From assembly GCA_951406725.2 (NCBI GenBank), contig OX597815.1:84320001-84384000 (forward strand): a DNA stretch of 64,000 nt, given 5' to 3'. Both the position numbers and the translations under genes were made by a program. Source of the DNA: Octopus vulgaris. Its lineage: Eukaryota. A model generated the notes under the pieces. That model had not been told where the DNA came from. It did no database searches and saw only the letters and a list, made by a program, of their open reading frames with translations. Below, in pieces: positions 14,261 through 27,589 of this stretch. How positions within the stretch are numbered: the stretch's first letter is position 1; each line of letters starts with the position of its first letter.

Positions 14261-15674
14261 ATGACCTTTGAAGACTAAAATCCAGTACTATATTTATATT
14301 GTAAACGTTTTCGTTGATTATTAACATATCTATTTTTGATGATAGTGTCTGCACTTCCAATTCTGTATTTTAATTTATGTGGTAGTAGAAACTTTGACAG
14401 CGTCGGTGTTGAATGGACGTGCGTTTGTTTATGTTTTTTTCGTATTGTCCGAAGCCGTAATCGATGTCTACTACCTGGTGGTAAAGGTCGTGGCATACAC
14501 GTTGCTGGTCGCGTTGATTTTGTCGTATTTGTTGTTGTTGATGTTGTTGCTTTCTGGTATAGTTACTATTTTTTGTGATTGTTACTTTTGCTGCTCTTCA
14601 AATTGTTACTGCTAACGCGGATAGTTGCGACGCAGGTGGCAAAACCTCTGCTTTTAATATTTCCCGCTTTATTTTAGCACGTCGAACTATCGCAGTAAAA
14701 CATCATCTGGAGAATATGAAAGGAATTTTCCACTTCTTGACTTCCACGTTTTTACATACATATCACACCTCTCATTTTTGTTCGTCAAATGTCACCATCT
14801 GCAATTTTGAAATTTATCGAATTAATTTGTTAATGGGGTATTTAAATGAAGGAATTCAGAGCCAAGAAAATTGACATTTCATTAGTCATAAGGTATGAAG
14901 TTTACACTATCTAGCGCATAAAGAGGAAAGAATAGATTAAGATGAAATAATATAGACTCATTAAATTTATACTTTAAGAAGTGTTAATACAATGAATAAG
15001 GCAACATGACTAATAATTACTCGAGCATTACCGGTAAAAAGTTACAATGATGATATTTTCAATTGGAAATTAAACGAACAAGTATATCACATTCACTGAT
15101 ATTGCTGAAAGAAGGTTGAAATAGGTCCGGCGCCCATGTAAGTCACTACAAGGACCATGGTGGCCTCGTTCCGATATAGTTCGTATTTTTAATCCAACAT
15201 GATTATGAAGAGATTTATCTGAAACAAAATCCAATGCATTGTATCTTTTTATGTTATATTTACGTTTGGTATGATACACAGATGAGAATATTTATTTAAT
15301 TCTGTTTTCAGGAAGCTTTCCATAATTTAAGTGAATGTACATACCTTGTTCTGTATATCAGACGGGAATATACTCGTTTAACAATCGACCACACGGTATT
15401 CACAAGACCCAAGAAGGTTACAGACTGTCCAATAATTCTCCTGAGTCACGGGTGGGACGATTTTCTACTCGCTGCAAAATATATTGTGCTTTTATCACAT
15501 CGTATCTATGACCAGATGTTTCCTTAGACAAAGGCCAGATTTCCATACGGTATATATGTTTGGTTTGATGCACATGTTGCTGTTATCTTAATGTACCGTT
15601 GGCTTTCTTGCAAATACCGTTATGCGTGGATACATGTGTGTCTCTGTGTGCGTGTCTGTGTGAGCTTGTGTGTG

Positions 15675-15723
<49 letters not shown>

Positions 15724-17689
15724 GAATGAGAAGACAAGCGAAAGGAGGGCACTCAATACATTTATTGTGAGTTAGATGTATAGATCAAAACAGTTTGATT
15801 CAGATTCCTTGGTACTCTGAGTTTCAAGCGTGTGGCTTGTCTTCGGTCATCGGAGTATGAATGTGAGTTCGATTCAAGAAAGTCAAGGTTTACAACTGGA
15901 TGTTAGCTTACAGTTGGTCGAAAAAGGTCATGCCGCATAGCGGTTTGATGTTGGTATTTCAGCGACAACAGTTAGTTGAAAATACTGCATGGCGAACAGG
16001 AAAACTAACCGCGTAGTAAACAGGAAACCGATATATATTAGAACTCCAAGTTAGCGTCGACTTCATTTCTTTATTTCAACTTTTATAATCATTTTACTAT
16101 TCTCAAATAAATATTTTGGCTAAGTATTAAATTAAATTTGTCTCATAGTCATTCAATGTTGGAACCCCAATCATTTAAATTTACTTTCGTTGTTTAATAT
16201 CAGGTCTGCCATTATCGAACCTATCAATAACCAAAACGTTCCACCCACGACCATCTGCTTTGTCGAGATACACTGTCCTGACAACTATATTATTCACTGT
16301 ATCCTTTGCTAAGGTACAATTTAAAACAAATTGACTCCTATTTCTAGCAAACCAAACAGCGATGTTCTGGCTCTTGTCTTAATTTTGCATAAATGTGTCT
16401 TAATTAAAAATTAAAATACGTGATAAATACTTTGAAGACAATGGTGACATTATTTTCAGTACTATCTACCGGGTCATGTTATTGAATCGAATATTATATT
16501 TTTACTCACCAATAGAGGAAAGAGTAATCAGTGGAAGAAAATGAAATTATTGTATGTTAAGGAATCTTCAAAATAGCTACGAAAAGTGTTATCTGAAGGC
16601 AGAATCAGTTTTAACTTTCACATAACACCCCATCTCAACTCATCAATTTCCAAGATTTTCTACAGTATGGATGACATGACTTTCAGCTAAAATACTCTAA
16701 TTAGTATTTCAAAGAACGATACCTTAGTTTGTAGTTTTCTTGGTTTAATTTATGTTTGTTAATACTTCACAAATATAAAAAATAATAATAATAATAATGA
16801 TAAAATTATATGCTAAAGCTTAAACATTGAAGCATAAAAATTTATAACGAGGCAACGTCAACACATTCAACAGTTTACGTTGAATAGTATTAATTAACAT
16901 TCGGACGCATAGTTAAAGAATTCAAATAACAGAAATATTGCTATGAGCATGGAAGCACCCTCAAATACATCATCATCTTCAGAAGCAGCATTTTCATCAT
17001 TATTTTCATCATCACCACTAACGCTACCAACACTACCATCACCATCACCTCAACCATCATCAACAACATAAACATCATCATCGTCTTCACCTCGTCTTCA
17101 ACATTAGTATTAGATGGTTCTGATTAGTGTTAATACTGGGAACCATCACCGCTACCTCCACCTTCCTGTCTTCATCATCATTATCATTATCATTATCAGA
17201 TCGTCACTATCATCACCATCATCCTTCGAATCTGCTGCAGCTGTATCGTTGTTATATTATCATTATTATTGTTGTCGTTGTCGCCATCCTCATCAACATC
17301 GTCATCATGTTTTCACCAATTTTAGTGAAGTTTTATGACCTCACCAGTTACGCCTCCGAGCTCCTGAGGTGTGAACAGCATTGACTTTTATGGTTATAGA
17401 ATTGTTTGCTAACTATATTTCTTTGTAGTGACATTTATTGTGTTGTTTCTACTGTTATTTTAATAAGCCATTTACTGTAAAGAGAATGCAGAATGCGAGA
17501 GGTATTTTTCGGATGTTGCTTGTGATTTGTATGTGCTGTCTGATTGTTACTGTGTTTGAGATGTTGACTGTATAAAGTATGTGCCGCTTGACTTCTGGAA
17601 TATTAATAGATGTCAACTACATACAATGTGAGTTGTATGATTTGTTTGTGTTACAGTTATATGTGTTCCGTGCAGAAAGTGTACTGTAT

Positions 17690-18450
17690 GACTTGTGCTG
17701 ATGCTTTGAAAATATTTAGCGCAGGATGTTGGCTGTGATTAGCAGGGTTATTGTTTGGATCGTGTGCAAGATTGAAGAATCTGCTTTGAAGAGAATGAGT
17801 TGTTTCTATATTTTATATGAAATTCCTATTTGCTGTGTTTTCACATTTTCAATTATTACCAGTAATAATTATTTCACATATTGGGAATATTTTTTTACAT
17901 TTCTTTCAGGTCCTTGATAATTACCACTGGTCCATTTGTGTTGATCTTTCTATCAGTTTAGCAGGCACTTCCAAGCTGAGTGTCGTATAGTTATTGTCAT
18001 GTACCTTCTTTTGATATACTTCAATACTGCCCCATAACAGTTTTCACCTGCACCTGTCTCTATATTGTGCAGTGAGCCTAGCTGTGCATTCGATCATGCT
18101 TTTCAACATCTTTGAACTTGGCAAGGGCTGAGTAGTTAGAAATGATGCGGCTAACCCCCTATTGTGACGATTGCATGGGTTGCACTTCATATTAGAATCC
18201 GTTTCTATACTTTGTTTTTGTATTTCGTTTTGGTTAAGCATTGATGCTGTACCATAATATCAGACTTGCTGCTTTTAACATAAAGTTATTTTGCCATTGG
18301 TGTTTCACATTCTGGTGTACACTACTCTCCGTCAAGTCATGCAGTATAGCGGCTTTCGAGTAAATATTCTTTCCTCTATATTTGTTGAGTATAATTTTCA
18401 ATTCAGTTCCGATCTCATTTCGTGCTGCTTTTAACCGCATTTATTCAGTG
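17690..18450 (-). mobile_element. Decayed R4/Dong-type LINE fragment (Zn-knuckle plus RLE region)
   Basis: Minus strand across frameshifts: VQHQCLTKTKYKNKV (about QDQCLxTxNY), KCNPC, and VSRIISNYSALAKFKDVEKHDRM (about HIISGCxxLAxxxYxxRHDRV). Confidence 0.6.
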
Positions 18451-18453
18451 AAG

Positions 18454-18491
<38 letters not shown>

Positions 18492-19258
18492 TACACACAC
18501 ACACATACACACACACACATGTATGTATGCATGTGTGTATGTAGATATATATTTATATTATATATATGTGTGTGTATGTGTGCGAATATGTATAGAAACA
18601 TACATGTATGCATATACATGTACATACGCATTTTTATATACATATATGTAATAGCATAGTATATATTGCATAGCATGTAACTGTAATATTCACTGTCTTA
18701 TTTGTAGAGTGTACAAAGGCAGCACACAGCTTATACGACCGACCGGTATGTATGAATTACAAACCGCGTAGATACGTATTTAATAAGAATACATGACAAG
18801 CAGATACAGGCCATAACGCAACAAAAATCTTTTTATGAAGATAAGAAGGTAGAGGATTTAATTCCATTAAGTTCGGACTGGGGTGCCTACGAGGTATTGA
18901 ATACGAGGTATTGAAAGAATTCTCGATATTGAGAGGTAGTTAGAGTCGTGATTGAGAGCTACTGTGTAAGATCTCCTTAGTGTTATTAGGAAATTCCGGT
19001 AGATATTCACGAAACATGAGAAATAAACAATAATTTCAGTTCTCTATTGCGCAACAGAAAGCTTGAACGCTGTGCAGAAGATTAAACTAAAGGTTGCAGT
19101 TAAGGCGACTGATCACAATCTATGACCAGCTAACGAGTCATGAACAATTAAAAAAGCTAGATGGGGCTTATTCGGGCTGGAGGGATATAAAGATTTATAA
19201 CAAATTCGTACAAGATCAGATAAGCTATTACAATAGAAATTGCTTTCTAGGTGAATTA

Positions 19259-19425
19259 GCTTGACAACCGGTGCTGGTGTGTTTACGTTCCCGTTACTTA
19301 GCGGTTCAGCAAAAGAAACTGATAGCTAAAGTACCAGACTTAAAAATAAGTACTGGGGTCAACAAAAAATTCTTGAATGTGGGGTCTCATCATCGTCGCA
19401 GTCTATGACTGAAACAAGTAAAAGA
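19259..19425 (+). mobile_element. 3' half of CORE-type SINE (same family as 59562-59970)
   Basis: Shares tgctggtgtgtttacgt...ttagcggttc...tgactgaaacaagtaaaaga with the copy at 59800-59970. Confidence 0.75.
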
Positions 19426-20591
19426 TGGAAAATATTACTGAATATAATTTTATGTTTGCTACTATTTGTAGATGTATTCCATTAATATTATATAGTGTAA
19501 AATATACTGTTATGATTCCTACTACATATTAAGAAAACACATTTATCGAAGCTATACAGAGCGACAGTAACAGAACACTGATGGATAATTGAAAGTAACA
19601 TGAAATGATAGAAAATTATCACTAAAGACGTATTGTTTACCGGAAGTAACGCCATAGATATGCTGGTGAAGTTACACAAAGGGACCGGATAAGAAAGAAC
19701 AAATGATATAGTCGCATAAAACAATAAAAGATATGTAAATCGTAAAGATATGCGTTCATTGATGGTGCAGTTTATAGATAGGCATACAAATATGGTGTAA
19801 AATGGCCTAAAGGGATTTCAAATGATTGTTATAAAATGTGACTACACACACACGTGAGAGATAAGGGAGAAAGTCTATTATCTATGAAAAGGCATGAAAG
19901 CAATATAGTAATAATGAGGTGAGGGGTCATTAAATATGGATTATATGTTCATTAAATAGCATGTGGTTGTAGAATAAATATTTTCATATTTCAGAATAAA
20001 TTGACACGTGCAGCAGGAAATATGCATTATAGAAAGACAAGAGTATGTCACTCGGAACTACGCACTAAACGTAGGTTTCTAAATGAAAGAGTCGGGAAGG
20101 GCATCTCATTGGCTACGGTGCATAATATTTTGTAAACGCATACCATGCAAGAAGAATATTGCGCACTATACTTCGTTAGGAAATTGAACACTAACGTCAC
20201 ATACATACTTACATCGGGACTACCGAACCGATATGTTTAGTTTTATATTTCAAATTATGTACACGTACACACAGACACAAAGGCATACGCGCACTCTCAC
20301 GAGAACACACACACACACACACACAAACAGATACACACGTATACACATATAAACACATAGAGTTACATGCATATATGTGTGTGCGTGCGTATATGTGTCT
20401 GTATATGTGTGTACATGTGGGGGGTGCAGGGGGGTTATATATTTGTTTTGCAAGATCCCTCATATGAAATCGTGTATTAAAATAGATATTGTTCTATTTG
20501 GGGATGATAATAATGTTTTACTTTGATTTGCTTTGGGGGTTTCTTTTGACAATTAACCACATGCCCTATATACAATTTCTTCACTTCAGCT

Positions 20592-20769
<178 letters not shown>

Positions 20770-21247
20770 TTTAGTGTCCTTTGTCTGAAATCTTTTGTCG
20801 CACGTCCTGTGACCTCTTCCGCGTCTCTCCATCCCACGTATCTCCTCTTGTTCTGTTTAGTCCAATCTATATTTCTGTGGTATATATCCTTATATTCGCA
20901 TAAGCTTACTTCTGCATGTGTGTGTGTGAGTGTGAGTGTGTCTCACTGTTTTCGCGCACGCGCGTGCACACGTGTATATGTGCTTAGCATGTGTGTTTTG
21001 TGTAGGTGTGTATTGGTTTGCTTACTACACTGTTTGTAGCCGTGTCTTTTATATAGGCTTTTCTTCTTTTCTTATTCATTTACTTACTTTTTTCTCATTC
21101 CACCTTTAGTATGTGTATCTGTGTTTTGTGTGTTGGTGGGTTTATGTATTATACCCTTTGTAGCTAATTCCTTTTCTCACTTCTCTCATTTTGTATTTAG
21201 TCTTCAGGTTACGTAGTGTGGTGTGGTTTGTCGTAAGTGGAATAACA

Positions 21248-21787
21248 TACAGGTGGTTTGATCAATAAGTATCTGAACTGTTGCCATAGTAACAAAGCTA
21301 AAGCATGCAGAGTAAAACCGCTTGGCACAGATTGACTTTGAATCTTACTGTGCATGCGCACTAAGTTTTAAAGTTATAGCTCACTTTCACTGCTTACAGC
21401 AGCGCTTGGAAGGGAGGCTTGTAACGTGTGATCGTCGCATTGACCATTACAGAGAAAGTTGTCATGGTGATACCTGCTCATAGGCCTACGCAAATTTGCA
21501 GAAAATGTATGCGAGGGGAGTATGAGCCGCAGCTTACAGCAGCGCTTGAAGGAGGGTGTGTATGACCATGACAGAGAAAGTTGAGCAGAGAATTTGCATC
21601 AAATGTTGCCAAAAGCTTGGTGATACCTGTTCAGAGGCCTACGCAAAGTTTTCAAATAGTTTTTCTCGTTTTCGATACAACAAGGAGATCCTCTACAACT
21701 GAAACCTGAATGTCATTTTGGTCTGCTGAAAGGATTTTTGGTTATAAACGTGGTAGGCACATGTCTCATACCCAAATCTTCAGTGAT
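21248..21787 (+). mobile_element. Mariner 5' end / deletion derivative with partial internal duplication
   Basis: TIR-like start tacaggtggtttgatcaataagtatc. The ATG at 21568 gives MTEKVEQRICIKCCQKLGDTCSEAYAK, the mariner N-terminal HTH pattern EQRxxIKFCxKLG. Segment about 21391-21500 recurs at about 21530-21650. Confidence 0.75.
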
Positions 21788-21789
21788 AA

Positions 21790-22263
21790 TGGACTGAAGG
21801 GAATCGTAAAAATGTTACTTGCCAGCGCCAAATTACCCACCAAATATACAACCCTTCTACTCAAAAAGTGTAACAGCCCTAACTGCAGAACTTGCATCTT
21901 CTTCTTAGAGGGCTCACCATACAAATTTAAGTCAGGTCAAACTTTTACCATAAAAAATCACTGCACCTGTGCTACGGAGAACTTAATCTATGTTCTCAAA
22001 TATGGAGGGTGTGGTGGAGACTACATAGGTCAAATTAGTTTAACCTTAAGGGACATTCTAACGGTGCACAGGCAACAAATCCGGGACCACACGACTAAGA
22101 AAATTCCCATAAGCATACACCTAGACCAATGCCCCATAAACATAAACCCGAAATACCAAATCTTCCCTTTCTATCAATGCACCGGAAACATTTCAACCCA
22201 ATTCCGTTTCAACAAGGAAAGCATACTCATTAAATAATATAGACCGCCGCTGAATATCCTTTA
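21790..22263 (+). mobile_element. Penelope-like element GIY-YIG endonuclease domain (Neptune/Nematis-like), 5'-truncated
   Basis: ORF 21710-22237 has a Cys linker KCNSPNCRTC, then TCATENLIYVLKYGGCGGDYIGQ...LTVHRQQIR...ISIHLDQC...KESILI. The first approximately 25 codons of the called ORF are mariner-derived. Confidence 0.88.
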
Positions 22264-23392
22264 GAAAGGAGAAAAAACACTAAAGAGAAAAAGGAAAAAA
22301 AGACTCAATTTCTCAGCAAAGAATCAACCAGGAGCAATAAAACTTTTTAGAACAATCTTCCATCCAGGTTTCGAAACCGCAACTCCAAATCACCACGCAA
22401 AAACACCAGTTGCCGACGTTACCTAGCTCGAGACTAATCAAAACCAAAACTTCAGCAACTACAACAAAATCAAGTTTTACAAACGCCAGTTGCTGACGTC
22501 ACCTAACTCTAGACCAATCAGCAAATACAACAAAATGACCCGTTAAGAGAATTAACCAACCGGAACAACTGGTGAGTGTTCTCCACAGGGAAGCCAACTA
22601 GGCAGAACAACAAACTTGACCACCGGAAAAACAAGACATCACCAATACTTTAACGAATCAAAAATCAGATCCGCTCGCGGAAAAAATTATAGATACACCG
22701 GATTCCAAAACATACCGTTACAAGCGAAAGTTCCTACACACGACGGAAAGAGGATCAGAGAAACTGTAAACCAAATCGCTTTTTTTTACTATCCTCATTT
22801 CTCCCTTGTTTTTCACCCTCTTAACTCAGTATGGTTGAAACTTTGATGATATTCATTTTTTGTCGATCACTACGAACACTAATGAGCTTTGTACATTCAA
22901 ACAAACACAGTTTTGATATCATTTACTGTTATTCTACATTTAAACTTATCAACATCGTAATTTTGAATATGTTTTTTTCAAATTCAAAATTATAAATTTG
23001 GTCTGATATGAAGATTTAAACTTGCCAGCATTGAAACTTTTAAAGATGTTTTTCTAATTCATAGTTCTAAATTATTGCCATTCGTAAGCAAAAAATATTG
23101 TTGAAACTAGTTTGGCATATATGTAAATAAATTTATTTTAAACAATTGCAAGTTTTTCAAATTTAGGTGCATTTTCAACAACAAATTTGCTTATATATGT
23201 GTGTGCGTGTGTGTGTTGTTCCATTTATAATGTAGCGTGATAGAGTGGAGAGGTGTTATAAGTGGTATAACATCCACACCCACACAAATAAAGCTACACA
23301 CATATACACACATGCACACACACAATATATATATATATATATGAATAAATGAAAGAATGGAGTCGAACGAAGATTTTAACAAAATTCCTTTA

Positions 23393-23475
23393 CTCTCAAC
23401 ACATGTTTCGAAGACTGCATACTCTTAATTCCGAAGGAATAAAGGGTGCATTATGCCGTCTTCTCATCAGGAAAG
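23393..23475 (-). ncRNA. Type I hammerhead ribozyme (left arm copy)
   Basis: Exact reverse complement of the motif at 23987-24069. Confidence 0.78.
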
Positions 23476-23986
23476 ACAAGGAACCTCTATCAGCCTCAAG
23501 ATGAACAAAAACTTTTTGTTGACTGCCTACATGGTGCCCACGGTGATAATGAGTGTTTTTTAAAAATAACCCGTTATAAGCAATGACGTCAAAATTGGTT
23601 GGAAGGAGGAAGTTTTGGGTACGCAAAATCAAACACACAGACACAAATTTGTCACCTCACTACTAAATATATTTGACAATTGTCCCCCCCCACACACACA
23701 ATTACACACACCCACACACACACAGACACAAGTGCAGATATATACACACACTCATACACACACATAAACAATCAAACTCATTAACAAAAGCAAACACCCG
23801 CGCATCCCCATACATACAGCATACATACTGATCCCTTCCTGTTTTTAGAACTTCCTCCTTCCGACCAATTTTGACGTCATTGCTTATAACGGATTATGTT
23901 AAAAAACACTCATTATCACTGTGGACACCATGTAGGCAGTCAACAAAAAGTTTTTATTCATCTTGAGGCTGATAGAGGTTCCTTGT

Positions 23987-24069
23987 CTTTCCTGATGAGA
24001 AGACGGCATAATGCACCCTTTATTCCTTCGGAATTAAGAGTATGCAGTCTTCGAAACATGTGTTGAGAG
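23987..24069 (+). ncRNA. Type I hammerhead ribozyme, canonical core
   Basis: ctttc-CTGATGA-gaagacggcata...tatgcagtcttc-GAAAC-atgt-GTT-gagag. Stem I is ctttc/gagag (one G-U), stem II is gaagac/gtcttc plus gcata/tatgc, and stem III is minimal with palindromic ACATGT. Confidence 0.8.
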
Positions 24070-24266
24070 TAAAGGAATTTTGTTAAAATCTTCGTTCGAC
24101 TCCATTCTTTCATTTATTCATATAAAAAAAAACACACACAAATTTCCACACAAGAACACGGGGTTTCTGCCCTTGGCATGTAGCTTCAACCGTGTTTTCT
24201 GACGTGAATTTGCTACCCAGGTATCGATTAACCGAATTATCCATACTAGGATAATTCATTCACCTA

Positions 24267-24309
<43 letters not shown>

Positions 24310-24370
24310 GAAATCAGAGATAGAAACTTAAATATGACAACGATGGAATAGGAAATAATATTTTCGTTAT

Positions 24371-24585
24371 CATGAGCTGGGAAATTACCACATCGAATGA
24401 AATCCTTAATGATATTTCGTCCGTCTTTGCGTTGTAAGTTCAAACTTCCCTGCAGTCATCTTTTCCTTTCATCCTTTGCGGGTTGAAAAAATAAGTACCC
24501 GTTGAGCACTGGGATCGATATAATTGATTAGCCCTCTCCCACAAAATTTCAGGCGTTTTGCCAGTAGAAGAAAGGCTTATTATAT
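24371..24585 (+). mobile_element. Diverged tRNA-derived SINE (Nin-domain-like)
   Basis: gagctgg...aagttcaaac...cctttcatccttt...aataagtacc...gagcactggg matches the family core. Confidence 0.7.
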
Positions 24586-24676
24586 ATAAGCTTATGCATG
24601 TGTTTGTTATTTTTATCTTTGTAATTCCATGCTTTTATGTGTGTATACACGTATGTTATGTTGTAAATTAGTTACG

Positions 24677-24719
<43 letters not shown>

Positions 24720-24763
24720 ATACCAGCGATTATAATTATTTTTATTTTATCGTAATTTGATTT

Positions 24764-24810
<47 letters not shown>

Positions 24811-24938
24811 TAAAAAGAATTCCAACCTTGTCTGATTTTCACGTTTTATTTACAATCTTATAATGATATATTATAAGATAATATATTATAATTGAATAAA
24901 ATAAATGAAATAGTAGAATGTTAAATATTCATTCTGAT

Positions 24939-24983
24939 TGAACTAGTACTTTCATGCATTGAATTCTGCAATCTTCGGGTTCA
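24939..24983 (-). ncRNA. Minimal hammerhead-like motif (U4C variant)
   Basis: Minus strand: tgaac-CCGAAGA-ttgcagaattcaatgcat-GAAAG-ta-CTA-gttca. Perfect 5-bp stem I, tgca/tgca stem II, palindromic AGTACT. Confidence 0.62.
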
Positions 24984-25078
24984 TGTAGTAGTGTTGACAG
25001 TCATGCTTCACAATTTTTGATATATATAATTCCACTCCTGCGGTACCTTACCACTTCACTTTGTTATATATATATACA

Positions 25079-25273
25079 CACAACAAAACATCCAGATAGA
25101 CGACACAAAGAAAACAAGTACGAGTCATTCGAAGTTTTCTATCTTCAGTCAAGAACCAGATGACCCTCGCAATTTCGGCTGAATATTCTTGAGATTGAAT
25201 GTTTTGTTGTCCCTTTTTGTATCACCTAGTTGTCCGAATGTTTTGCGTTCGTGTCCCATTTTGTATTTTATAC

Positions 25274-25327
<54 letters not shown>

Positions 25328-26124
25328 CGGAGTATGTACACTTTGTTCTCTTATATGTAAGTAGACATTTTAGAAAATCTTGTACGACTCTATTTCTATC
25401 AGCCCTTTCACGCTTATTTGTTCATTCCACTCTTCGCTCTTTCGTTCTCACTCTCTCACATTTCTTTGCCTTTTCTCCTTACTCACTGTCCCTCCACTTT
25501 TCACTTCACTGTGTTCCTGTCAATTTTCTTGCCCCTCCTTAATTCTTCTGCCCCTCGGATTCTACTTCTCTCTCTTCTCTTTCCCCTCCTTAATTCTTCT
25601 GTCCCTCTGCTTCTACCATTCTCCCTCTTCTCTTCCCACGTGACCGATCGGCCACCCTGCTCTTTCTTTCTTGGTCTGACCGTGGTCCGTGCAACATCAA
25701 TATTCTTCCTTGTGTTTGTGAAACTTTTGTATCTCTGCTGTAAGGCTTCATTTCCACACGCGCCAGCTTAATTAAACTCGTCCTTAGTCTAAAGACACCT
25801 GTTGTTAAGTCCTGTTATTATTTTTATTGTATTTATGTTTGTGTAACATTGTCCGTTTTTTCCTTCCATGTTTTGTATACATTCGCTGCTTCCCTGCATG
25901 GAATCTAATGCTGATAGCTTAGTTTTTCCTTGGGGTTGGCCAGATTGGAGCAATCTCAAGAATAATCAACCGAAATTGCGAGGATAATCTGGTTCTTGAC
26001 TGAAGATAGAAAACTTCGATTGACCCGTCCTTGTTTTCTTTGTATCGTCTATCTGGATGTTTTGTTGTCCCTTTTTGTATCACTTAGGTGTCCGGATGTT
26101 TTGCGTTCTTGCCCCATTTTGCAT
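25079..26124 (+). mobile_element. Non-autonomous repeat with inverted (25079-25197 / 25951-26068) and direct (25199-25267 / 26057-26124) terminal segments; Penelope-like architecture
   Basis: Both repeat pairs are readable directly, and both direct copies end at TA-rich microsatellite. Confidence 0.7.
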
Positions 26125-26152
26125 TATATATATATATACATACACACACACA

Positions 26153-26279
<127 letters not shown>

Positions 26280-27115
26280 GATATATATTTTTTCTAGTTT
26301 TGAATACCTGGCGTTCTTGTTACCTTTCATTTATTTGTTCACGTCTGGGCTACGAAAAGTCTTTGTATATTTTTGTTGGTCGTAAACATTCATACCAGTA
26401 TGTAATTCCTGATGAGGAATCAAATTTGTGTTTCATGAAGAGTTCTTCGTCTTTGTCTTTGCAATTAATTAGAATCCGAAGCAATTTGTAGAATGTATAC
26501 TGGTTCTGTAGCAACTTGGATTTGAATTGAATTAAAGTTCGTCTACACTATATATTGTCTTATTAAATTGATATTCGCTAGTATATTCCCATTGATAAAT
26601 ATATTTATAGTATTTATAGTATTCATTCGATACTATATAACTACGAATTGATTATTTCTATAAGTATTTTAAATAAGATTTCCGAAAGTTCGTTTAAGTT
26701 TGTTGGTTTGTATTTTTGAAATTAGCTATTTCATCTTTAAATATGAATAATTAATTTATTAGGTCTTTATTATATGTGCATATACATTTATTTATAGAGA
26801 TTATTTTAGATCGTAATTATAATAATTATATACATTTATATATTTTCATTGATAATTTATATATAATAGTCATTTTAAAAAAAAAATATTTATGTAATTA
26901 GATATAGACTATTACCGATATTAGATTATTGGTGGGTTTCTTACCTTATAAATTAAAATTAATATTTAGCATTATAATCGATTTTGATATAATCATAATT
27001 GTTCAGTTTTAAGATTCTAGTTTGATAATAGAGTTTATTATAAGTAAATTATTATATTATTTATATATTTAAAATATTGTTTAAATATTTCTGATTATTT
27101 TAAAAATATTTCAAT

Positions 27116-27211
27116 TAACCTGAAGATTGACTGTAACTATAACTCGAATTATTAATTGAATTTAAATTATTGTTATTCGAATTGGTACAGCCATGAAACG
27201 ATCGTAGTGTT
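27116..27211 (+). ncRNA. Degenerate minimal hammerhead motif
   Basis: CTGAAGA at 27120, long imperfect stem II (ctgta/tacag, tcgaat/attcga), GAAAC-gatc-GTA with palindromic ACGATCGT. Stem I is weak. Confidence 0.55.
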
Positions 27212-27305
27212 TTACTCTTTATCTTTTATTAAACCTTTAATACTTTTGATATTTATAAAAAAATAAATAAATAAATAAATAAAAAAAAAATATATAAATA
27301 TAAAA

Positions 27306-27359
<54 letters not shown>

Positions 27360-27589
27360 GTATATATATTTAAAATTTATACGTTTAAATTATTTAAATC
27401 ATTTTTTACTTTTTAACTATTATATTTTTTAATTAATGTTATGTATCGGCTTATGTTTTTCACTGTTTGATTTGCCTAATAGTGGTTTTAACTCTAATTT
27501 AATATAATATAATACTATTATATTATACTATAAAATTGGATTTAATCCTAAATCTAATTTTTCCCTGTAAGTTTGGGTTTATTCCAAAC

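Larger units (their letters stand above)
23338..24270. mobile_element. Inverted pair of Penelope-type pseudo-LTR-like repeats (arms 23338-23613 and 23849-24123), between (TA)n tracts
   Basis: Arms of about 275 bp are near-perfect reverse complements and each carries an HHR motif. The right arm continues about 145 bp to (TA)n. Confidence 0.85.

Noticed and set aside
15311-15530. Splice-acceptor-like ttttcag followed by an open frame of about 70 codons
   Set aside because: No recognisable protein. The opposite strand gives IYRMEIWPL (about LYGxETWxL), suggesting a decayed RTE fragment, but too weak to list.
18887-19200. Possible very old mariner relic (tacgaggtattgaaa TIR-like; PYSPDLAPSDF-like remnant on minus); similar hint at 33175-33330
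   Set aside because: Similarity is too degraded to support without an alignment.
22830-23130. Possible HHR at the tail of the GIY-YIG element (GAAACTAGTT palindrome near 23103)
   Set aside because: No properly placed CUGANGA with pairing stems; suggestive only.
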